This document shows positions 41,100 to 52,100 of a DNA stretch of 64,000 nt, one piece after another; position 1 is the first letter of the stretch; every line of letters begins with the position of its first letter. This stretch comes from Geosiphon pyriformis uo1 (Eukaryota; Fungi; Glomeromycota). The notes below the pieces were generated by a model. It made no database searches. It was not told where the DNA came from and saw only the letters and a program-made list of their open reading frames with translations. Location: positions 1 through 64,000 of the forward strand of contig JAAOMT010000523.1 in the NCBI GenBank assembly GCA_016748015.1, read 5' to 3'. Made by a program: the position numbers and the translations under genes.

Positions 41100-43825
41100 T
41101 TTATTAATTTAATAAATAAGACCTAATTATAATCTAGTACAATATATTAAACTAAATAATTTAAATTAGATATAAATCATATACTTTTTACACATAATTA
41201 GCTATTTATGTTAATTAAGTAAATTCAACTTACTAATTTATTTAATAATACTATTTAAGTTTTTAGAATTAAAGATAAACTTACTAAAAAATAATCTAAT
41301 AAGCTTAATATTATCTCTTATATTAAAATCTAACATATATTACAAAGTTATAATATGCTCAATAGTATTTTTATTCAAAAAAAAGATTTAATAATCAGTA
41401 TTTTATTATAATCTATATTACTAAAATTAACTTCAAATTTAAGATTAACAGTATTTTTAAAAACATTAACCAAAAAATTGAAAAAATTGTTAGCAATACA
41501 CTTTATAAAAAGCAAATTTTTCTTAACTTAAAAAGTTTTAACAGCATTATTATTTAGAAAACTAGTAATCAAAATAATTAATAAATTAATAAGCTTAATA
41601 ATAGATTTTATTAAAGCAGTCAAGCTTGAAATTTAAGTTTTCAAAGAATTTAATCTAAACTTAATAACAAAATTAACAATAAAAGCAGCCAAAAAAACAT
41701 TAGAATGAGAAACCAAAAAAACAGAAACCATAATATAAAATTTAGTATTAATAATAGATAATGTAAAAAACCAAAAACCAATAACAAACTTAAGAAACAA
41801 CTTAAAAAAAAAAGTAAAAACATCTTATAATTAGTAAACAAATAATTTAAACTCTAATATTTGTAACAACAGTAGTACTCAAAAGTTTTTTATCAAATAC
41901 AACATTTGTATAGAATCCTAATTTTTATTATAATAAGTTCTAATATTTTATAAAACTTAAAAATAATAATAACAAAGTTAATTAATTTAGTCTTAAAAAA
42001 ATTCTATAAAATAATAATCTTTTTTTGGTTAAGAAAAAAAAATTCAAATATTGTCTTTTTTAATTAGCACAAATCAGTTATTAAAAACAATAACAACAAA
42101 AAAAAAGTCTTTAAAATTAACAACAGCATATTGTTACAAACTAATAAATTTTAATTTAATAAAGATAATATTATTAAAAAATATGCCAAAAAAAACATTA
42201 TAGAGTGCAATAAAAGTAAAAAAAAAGAACCAAAAATTATTACAAAAGATTTTACAATCTTAAATGTGGTCAAAAAAAGAACCATTAATAAAAACTTTGA
42301 CAATAATAATTAAAAAGCCTTAAAAGCAAAATTTACATGAAACAACTTAATATTGTCTTTAAAAACTGACTTAAGTTCAATAAAGCCAGACAACAGATAA
42401 AACAAAAAGTAATTAAATCCAATTTGATCTTAAAAGTAATATTAGACATTAAAATAGAGATTACTTATTTAAAGAATCTTTAATAACTAAAAATTGTTTC
42501 TTAAGTACTATTAAAAACAGTATTAAAAAACAAAAAAGCAAAAATTAATTTAATTTTTATTTAATCAGTCCAATTTTAAAATTAAGTAATCTAATAAATT
42601 GTTTTGCTTTTAAAACCAGTTATAATTTGCTAAAAACCATTATATTTAACAATATAATATTACAGATAATTATTTGAGATGTAAAAATAAATAACAAATC
42701 TATAACTTGGTGCTTAATAACTAATAGTACTGTTAATTTCTAAAAGTTTTTATAATCTAAAGGTTTTGGTTGAGTTTTTTGTATAATGGACAAAGATTTA
42801 CTTGATAATAGTTTTCAAATTTTTTTTCTTTAGTATAAAAACCAGTTTAATCTGACAATTATGCTTTTTTAATAAGCTATTCTTAAGTTTTTATTCTTGT
42901 TTTATGAGTCTTTTATCAAACTATTTTTAATGTTAATATTTTAGTACTTAATTTTTTAATTAATTAGTAAATAACAAAGAAACAAAATAAAAAAATAAAC
43001 AATCAATATTCTGTTAATAGCTATAATTAAGAATTATTGGTTCAGTATAATTCAGTAGTAGATATTATTAATAAAAGTTGTTGATATAGTTAGAGAATAG
43101 CAATTTTAATATAAAAATTTGAATAACATAAATTGAATGATAAAATAATAATTTTATTTGATATTTGAATAATTTTATTTTAAAGTATAGAAATTAATTT
43201 TTGAAGAAAGAAGTATTTTAATTATTTGTCTATTAAAACTTATTTGTTTTTTTTTGTTTCTAATATTATTACTATATATATATAATTTTTGTTATATAAG
43301 ATTTCTTGAAATTTTTTAATTCTTTAAGAAAAATTTTGAAATTCTAGAATCTTAAAATTTTTTGAAAGAAATTCTGAAATTTTTTTTTTACTATACTTAT
43401 TTCTAATTGGCTGTTTTTATTTAACTATTATGACTCTTTTTTTTATGAGTAACAATAATCAATGATTAATTTTGGCTTTTTTGGCCATTTGTAAAATAAT
43501 AATAATAATAGTATTAATAATAAAAACAGAAAAAACCAGCTTATTAATTAGTCTATTATTGAAAACTTTAGGGCTTTGGAAAGAGTAATAATAATACTAG
43601 AACTAATTTAAGTGTGTTTTTTAAAAAAAACTTTAATTAAGAAAGAATTATTAGCTAAAAATAAGAAAAAATATTGTTAGAATGTTTTGTTTAGCTGTTT
43701 TAACAATAAAAAAATTTTTTTTTGTTGAAACTTTATTAATTACTATAAGAAAAGTAATATTTGAAACTTTTTTACTTTTTGTTTTGATTATAATTATAAA
43801 ATAAGAAGAGAAAAAGAAATTTTGT
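41100..43825 (-). mobile_element. ORF1-only element, copy 3 (decayed, interrupted by a solo LTR)
   Basis: Decayed start at 43797 (ATAATTATAATCAAAACAAAAAGTAAAAAAG); collinear with copies 1 and 2; LINE-type tail at 41115-41220. Confidence 0.78.
42658..43454 (-). repeat. Solo LTR (family C/D) with ATAA/ATAA 4-bp TSD
   Basis: Minus strand TGTTACTCATA...TGTAATA; homologous to 47880-48819 and 55006-55852. Confidence 0.85.
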
Positions 43826-43840
43826 TATTATTTGTATTTT

Positions 43841-44199
43841 ATATAAATTTAATTTAATTATTATTTATGTATTTTTTATATATAATCAAATATAAATTTA
43901 ATTTAATTATTATTTATGTATTTTTTATATATAATCAAATATAAATTTAATTTAATTATTATTTATGTATTTTTTATATATAATCAAATATAAATTTAAT
44001 TTAATTATTATTTATGTATTTTTTATATATAATCAAATATAAATTTAATTTAATTATTATTTATGTATTTTTTATATATAATCAAATATAAATTTAATTT
44101 AATTATTATTTATGTATTTTTTATATATAATCAAATATAAATTTAATTTAATTATTATTTATGTATTTTTTATATATAATCAAATATAAATTTAATTTA
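43841..44199. repeat. Perfect 49-bp tandem repeat, ~7.3 copies
   Basis: The single C of the unit recurs at 43887, 43936, 43985, 44034, 44083, 44132 and 44181. Confidence 0.97.
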
Positions 44200-44900
44200 A
44201 ACTAAATTCTATTAATTTTAAAAAAAATTTACTTTAAAAAAACATCTTATATATAAGTTAATAAAGCATTATTATTATAAACTATTTTACTTAAATATTT
44301 AGTAATATTATCTATATTAATCTTTAATATTAAAAAATTAAAGTTTTATTAATAATTAAATCATCATAAAAATTTATATTATTATTATTATTATTATTAT
44401 TATACTATATTTAATTTTTAACTTATTAAATTTTTTATATAATTTAATATATAAAACAAAAAAACATCTAATAATTTAATAATTAATATAATTAAAACAT
44501 TAATAAGCTTAATAATAAATTTAATTAATAAAATTAAAGCAGTTAATTTAGATTTTAAAAAAATTAAACAAGAATTAATTATAAAATTAACAATAATAAC
44601 AATAAAAACAATTAAAAAAATAGCAACAAAAAAATCAGTAAGACAAAAATTTTAATATAAAACTTAGTATTAACAAAATAAAACTCAAAAATTTTTAAAT
44701 AATTTATAGTATTATCAAAAATTTTAGTTTTTTTTTTAAATATTATTAATATTATTTTGTTATAAATCTGTTGTTTAATAAAAACCAATAAATTTTTAAT
44801 AAGTTAATTTATATTTAAAATATTTTTTTTAATTTTAATAATATATTATTTTGCTATAAAAGTCAATTTTTTTAGAAAATTTTAATTATAAGCTATTTAA
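44200..44900 (-). mobile_element. 5'-truncated decayed ORF1-only element, copy 4 (C-terminus and tail)
   Basis: Matches the reverse complement of ~38100-38700. Confidence 0.6.
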
Positions 44901-44949
44901 TAATATAATAAAAATAAATAAATAAAATAAAAATAAAAAAATTTTTTGT

Positions 44950-45400
44950 TCAAATTTAAAATCAATTAAATGTTTATTAAATCAATAACTAATTAATTTT
45001 AAAATATTAGTCAAGATTTGTAAATTTCAAAACAGTAATAATTATAAAAAAATTTATTGAATAATTAATTGTTTGCTAAAGATATTTTTAAGTAAAATAA
45101 TTTTTAAAAAAAACGATTATGAATTAAAATATATTTTTTAAAGCAAAAAGCTCTTTTTTTATATAATTTATTATAATATTATTTTATAATTCAGCACTTT
45201 TTTTTGCTAATATTTTGGCAAATTAAAAGTATATTTTAACAAACTACAAATTATTTTTATAAATTATTAATTATTTTGGTAAATTATTAAATATTTTGGC
45301 AAATTTTTAATTATTATATAGTTTAAAATATTATATAATTTGATTATTATATTTTAATTATTTTTGTATTTTATACAAATTAAATTATTATTTGAATAGT
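44950..45400 (-). repeat. Internal fragment of LTR family B
   Basis: Reverse-complement homology to ~10790-11250. Confidence 0.7.
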
Positions 45401-45699
45401 AATATTTGATAATTTTTATTATTATTAATATTTTATAAATAAGATCCAAATACCACTTAGTATTATATATTAAATTAAGTGATCTAAACTAAGCACATAT
45501 TATGTACTTTCTATACATAAACAGTTATTCTATTTGATAATTTGTTTAAATAATAAATAATAAATTAAAATAATAATTAATTTTTTTTTTAAAATTAAAA
45601 TTCAAGTATTGTTTGTAATTTTTAAATAATAATTCAAAATTATTAAAATAATTTGATCTAAAAATTGTTAATTTTTCTTTTTTGTCCCAAATTCTCAAA

Positions 45700-48600
45700 A
45701 AAGAGTCAAAAAAGTTTTTTTAAAAAAAGTTTTTTTACAATTCAATACAATAAATTAAAACTGTTTTTACTTGACTACAAGACCACTGTTGATTGTAGTA
45801 TTGCTATTATAAAAAAAGCTGTTAAAAGTTCTGGTTCTAGTGCTAATAGCAAAAATGTTGTTTCCAGAAAGAAAAAAAAAATGCTGTATTAAAGAATAGT
45901 ACTACTCATGGTGTGACTTCTACTAAAAAGGTGGTTAGAAGTTTTTGGGATTCTGATGCTAGGAATATTACTAAATTTAATAGTGTTAACATGGAAGAAA
46001 AGTTTCTGGTAGAAAAAACCAGTATAAATTATAGTAAAAGAAATATGTTTATTGAAAATAATTCTGGTTAAACACTAAAGAAACCAAAATTAGTTATGAA
46101 AAAGACTTTGAATATACTATTGGGAAAAATTGATTTTTTGGCTATTGATAATGATAATATTCTTTCAGATGCTTTTGTGGTTTTTTTCTCTCTTTTGAAA
46201 ATTTGGTTAATATTTTTGTCAGAAAATTATTTGCTCTAAATATTAGTTTAGACAAAGTAGTTAGAAAAACTTCTTAGAAAAAACTTATAATAATAAGAAA
46301 ATTATTTTCAAAAATCAATGGTTTTGGGAGGGTTTTTACCCTCTTAAAATTTGCTGAAATCATCAAAACAACATTTACTTTTGAATTAGGTATGGCACAG
46401 ACTTCTAAAAAAGCCAAAGATACAAAAATTATAGTAAATGCCAATCTCAAAAAATCTATTAGATGTTTAGATTAGGCTGTGATAATAAAAGAAATTCTGA
46501 TTAGAACATCAACTAAAGCTATATATACTGTATTATCCAAATTTGGGATTATTAAGTCGATCAAAATGCAATTGATAGGGCTGTAACAGAAAGCTGTAGT
46601 TAAATTTAGCAATATAGATTATGCTGATTTGGTTATAGCAAAGTGGTTTATCTTAATCAAGAAAGATGCAATCCATATTGCTAGGGCTGGCTTAAACAAG
46701 AAATTATGGAATACAAAAAATTGTCATAAAGCATTATTGTACACATTACCAATAGAAACAAATGCACATAATATCTGAGACTTTATTGGATTAGTTAATG
46801 ATAAAACTTGCATCATTAATTATTATCTGGTTACATATATCCAATCCAGATATGCTGTAGTGTGTTTTGACTCTGTTCAATCATTAAATGCCATCATAAG
46901 AACCACATCAGTACTAAGAAATGTCAACCTACATTGGTCTCACTTGAGTCTTGTTAAATATGCTAAGTGTGTGAAATTTGATTATATATTGTTAAACTGC
47001 ATCTTTGGTGAGAAAAGTTCTTCTGATAATACATTTTGTAAGATGTTGTCAGAAGCAGATAAAAACAGACTGGGATTTATTTATTCTAAATGCTTAGCAC
47101 TAATAGCTCATTCTGTTTTTTTTTGGTGGTGTTTTTTGAACAAAAGTTGTTGGTAGGTCTTCTTTTCCCTCTCTTTTTGCTGGTAATAGTTTGTCAAGTT
47201 TTGGCTTCTCTTTAGAGGTAAAGCCTATTCCACTGGTGTTTATAAAACTGAATGATAGGTTGGCTGCTCTTGAGTGCAATCTTGCCAGCCTCACAGAGCA
47301 TGTTGATAAGCTGGCTAAAAGATTAAACACACCTAAACCAACAGTTTCCTAGCTTAGTTTTAAATATCAGCTATTGATAATCCTTTTATCACAAAATTAA
47401 GAGACAGATATAGTAATAAGTGAGAATTCAAATGTGGTCATTAGTGATGAGATTGTTGTGGAAGCAGTGGTTTTTAATCAATCTGTAATTTCAAAACTGA
47501 AAGTAACTTTGAACAATTTCTCAGTTACTGTTATAGGCCTAATGGCCAAAGTAGACAATGCCAGTTTGGTGCTTGTTGTCCATTCTCCTCAATAATTGAT
47601 TTTGTCTGTAAAGTGGCTACATGTAATATAAGAAACATAAACAATCTTGCTAAGCAAGCAAATATTATTTGATGGCACAAAAAAATAGGCAATTTAGTCT
47701 CAATTTTCACAGAAACAAAGTTAAAAAAAAAAGTTCATTCATGAATTATTAACAAATTTGATAGTGTTCAAGTTTTTACCTCTGGTTTGGACTTTGGTTA
47801 CTTGGATTCTGGTATTGCAATTATCATAAATACTTTTTTGGCTAAGCATATATGTAAGATTTCAGAGATATCTGGTCAATTTTACTCATAAAATATAGAA
47901 ATTATATATTAGTATACAAAATTAGCCAATTAGAATGAGATGCAATAAAAGTGAAATTCCAGAATTCTTCTTAGAAAAATTACAGAATTCCAGAATTACA
48001 AGATTCCAGTAAGAGAAATTACAGAATTCCAGAATTCCAGGATTTTTCTTAAGGAATTACAGAATTCCAGAAATTTCAGGATTTCTGGCTAAGGAATTAA
48101 GGAATTCAAAGAATCTCATATAACAAAAATTATGTATATATAGCAGTAATATTAGAAACAGAAAAAACAGAATTCTTCAGCTAGAATTTCAGTTCAAAAA
48201 TTCTTAATTTAAAATCTCCAGTTCTAATTTTCTATCTATCTCTTTATACAATAGTATTCTATTACTTGAAGTGAAAATATAAAATATCAATAAAATACTT
48301 GTTACTATTACCATCTATCTTTCTGTTATCAACAAATTTATGTTAATAATTATCAATACTTAACTACACTAGACCAATAGCTCTTGATCATAGCTATTAA
48401 TAAAATACTAACTTTTTCTTGTCTTGGCTTATTTCTTTATTTTTTTTTCATTATTTTTATTATTTTTATTATTATTTTTTTGTTTTATTGTGGATTTACT
48501 AATTGATTAAAAGATTAACATATGAGATACTAATATTAGAATATAGTATTGGTAAAAGACCCAGAAATAAGAATAGACACTTGTAATTGAGGAAAGCTTA

Positions 48601-49130
48601 CCAGAAGATTGCCAGCCATTACACTAAAAAAAAATTAATGGAATTGCAATTCTGGAAGGTGACTGAAAACCATTATTGAATTTCTGTTCATTATACAAAG
48701 AACTCAACCAAAACCTTTAGACAATGAAAATCTTTAAATAATACCAATTATATCAGCTATTAAACACCAAGTTACAGATTTGTTATTTGATTTGAAACCC
48801 CAAATAATCACTTGTAACATTGGCTTTTTTCTGTTAGGTTTCTTTTCAAAAATAAACTTTCTGTTTTGATTTTAGGACTTTATACTGAAGTCTCCATAAC
48901 CATTTGTTTTTTGCAAGCTAATGAAATCAATTTTTTGATAGCTAAAGCTGTTAATAAATTCTTTTTTGTTATTCTGGGTGGCAATTTTAATAAAGATAGT
49001 TCATGTAAGTATGCTAGTTTCAAAAAATGCTATGACTTGGGTTTGGCCAATTCTCTGTTAAAGAGTTCAGTTGAAAAAAGTTACATATAGAAGAATTTAA
49101 GGGGTACTGAAAAAACAATTAATTATGTGT
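45700..49130 (+). mobile_element. LINE 5' part: ORF1 (~45800-47595) and ORF2 AP-endonuclease, interrupted by LTR insertions
   Basis: ORF1 remnants FSKINGFGRV, KALLYTLPIETNAH, coiled coil RLAALECNLASL; endonuclease KVATCNIRNINN, FTETKL, VILGGNFN, KTINYV. Confidence 0.85.
47880..48819 (+). repeat. Solo LTR (family C) inside the LINE endonuclease
   Basis: TTTTACTCATA (ex-TGTTACTCATA)...TGTAACA; GAATTCCAG repeats; flanks TCAA/TTGG; the LINE frame resumes after it. Confidence 0.88.
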
Positions 49131-52100
49131 TGTTACTCATAAAAAAAAAACAGATATAAAAAATAGTAGACCAATAGAAAAATAGTAATCAGCACATGAG
49201 CACATTGCTCAGTAATATGAAACAATATTAGAAATCACAGTATATTGCTCAACAATGTGGAGCAATATCAGTAATCATAGCACATTTCTTGGAAATGTGA
49301 GCAATCTCATAAAACATCAATTATGTATATATAGTGGTAACATTAGAAGAAAAAAAAACAGACCTTTCAGTTTAGATTTGATCTAAGCAATCTTCTATAT
49401 CCCAAATATCAAATAAATAATTATTTACTATTTTAATTCACTTTCTACTATCAATACTTTATGTTGATAGTTGTTGACACTTAACCATACTGAAACAATA
49501 ACTCTTGATCATGACTATTGATGGGATATTAACATGCAAATTGCCTTGGCTTATTTTCTTATTTTTTTTTCTTTTTTTTTCTTTTCTTGCTTTATTTTTC
49601 TTTGTTTGTTAACTTGATTAAAAGAAATTATACATGGAGGTACTGACATCAGAATATAGCACTGGTAAAAAATCCAAGAATAAGGATAAACACTTAAAAT
49701 AGAGGATATTTTACCAGAAAAATTACTGGCTATCACACTGAGAAAAAAATTGACAAAACTGCAGTTTTGAGAAGCTACGGATAAAAACTATCAAGTAAAT
49801 CTCTGTTCATTATACAAAGAACTCAATTAAAACTTTCAGAAACTACATCTTCAGAAATTGCCAACAACATTATATCAATTGAGCACCAAGTTACAGGTTT
49901 GTTATTTGCTTTGAGACCCCAAATAATTATCTGTAATATTTGGTGCTCTCTGTAAAGTATAATCTAACAGAGAACCAACACCAACAGATAACTATCCAAA
50001 ACAGTGGCAGAATCCAAAGAAATAGGGACAAACCATTTAGGATTTGCAAAATCTTTATTTCAACACTATCACATCCACCTTGAATTAACAAATAATAGTT
50101 GGCCAACAGAATTAGCTTTTAACTGTTATGTCAACAAGAGAATAGTATATTATTTGAGAGGCCAAGAAGATCCAGAATCTACCTTCAACAATTTCTTTAG
50201 TGAACTACTCCAAAGCACCACCCTTTCACAAAACTACTTATTCACACCCCTAATCACAGAAATAAACAGAAAAATTAAAAAATACACCAAACAGAAATTT
50301 CCTATTACATTTGCTGACAAAGGAAAAGGAAGATTACAAATACCAGCAAGAACACCAAAACAAATCCAACTACCTACTTGGAAGAAACAAAAATTTGATT
50401 CACTTGCTAATTCATCATATTACCACACACCCAGAAGTACTATAAACATAACAAGTACAACAACACCATTAAACAGAATCTTATTTCAAAGAAAACAGAA
50501 TTATTGGAAACATATAGTGATTATTTTAAGGGATTTAAATTGCACCATCAGAAATTCAATTACCACCACCACAACCAAATTTCGAAGCCATTAATCCTTG
50601 AAAAATAACCAACTCCAAGAAAAAAAAAAATAGTAATCAAGAAATTAGCAAGCAAAACCTGATCCTAAAAAATTTAGAAATTGAAACTCTAGTTAATCAA
50701 ACTCCAAAAAATCAGAACAATATAAACTCTGACATTATTAATCAGGAAAACTTACCTTCAGTAATTGTGATTAATCCACCACCAGCCCCACTAATTGATG
50801 AACAGCAACAACAACAGCCACAACCACCACTCCAACAGCAACTACAACAACAACCACCACCACTACCACCACCACTCCAGCAGCAACTACAATAACAACC
50901 ACAACAACAAATAGCCTACACTCCAATTGCAAAAATTGAAAAATTTACTGGTAAAGAGAACAACACTCAAGTATGGCTCAACGACATAGAAAAAACCATT
51001 GCAGTCAATAGATAGAACAATAAAAGAGCACTCCAAGCCATCTCCTATTTCCTACAAGATACTGCTAACTTGTGGTATTAAAGCTTAGCCACCAAATTTT
51101 AAATGTTCCAGGAATTTAAAATTGCATTCTTGAGATATTTTAGTAATAATAACAGTATTAATTGTCTAGCCAACATTTTTACCACAATCAAACAGAAAAA
51201 AACTGAAGCAGTTACCACTTACTTGGAATGCTTCCACAGGAACTTGCACCAAATTTAAGCAATCCAAGCTGACTATTTTACAGCATCACAGATTCTGAAC
51301 CAGTTTATCTATGGTCTGTGCAGTAGCCTTCTGCAATGTGTATGATCATTACATCCAACAACACTCTAAGATGCAGTCACACAGACCAGAGACTTTGAGT
51401 TAACTGAATTAGAGGCTAATCACACCCAAGCCATGAACCTAGTCATAAATAGATTATCTGACTTGGATTCCAAATTGAAACAACTTAATGATTCAATTAA
51501 TCAGAAGTTAGAAGGATACTTAGCTAATAATCATGCAATTTATCAGTTACTTTAACAATGCAATAACTCCAAAAATGTAAATCACTACCAAAATCAGTTA
51601 TGTCCATCATCATCTAATCAGTTATGGCAGCAAGAAACACATATCTACCACAATTGTAGTAAACAAGACCATTTGAGAATTGACTGCTATTTTTATAATA
51701 ATAACTTATGATCAGAAAATTAATATTGAAACTCTGATCACAGATTCCAAACTCTGAATCAAAATACAAATCAGAATCAACACTCACCTTACTACACCCA
51801 AATGATGCAACAGCCAATTTATTAACCACCCATATATCAAGCTCTAATCTATTAGCTAACAACACTCATCATTTATCAACCACAGCCTCAAGTAATTTAT
51901 CAACCCCAACAAAATTCAACACCACCACAAAACTTATCTCAAAATAGAACCCACAGGCCAAGAATAACACAACAAAACTGAAGATTGATAATAATAGTCT
52001 ATCAACTAATCTCCAGTTTCTCAACTTAAATCTCAAAATTTCAACAACAGAATTCAGGCACTGAGTACACCCAACACTATTTAAGTCTTCTGGTTATTCC

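Noticed and set aside
43841-44199. CRISPR-like array
   Set aside because: Units are contiguous and identical with no spacers; no cas genes; eukaryotic context.
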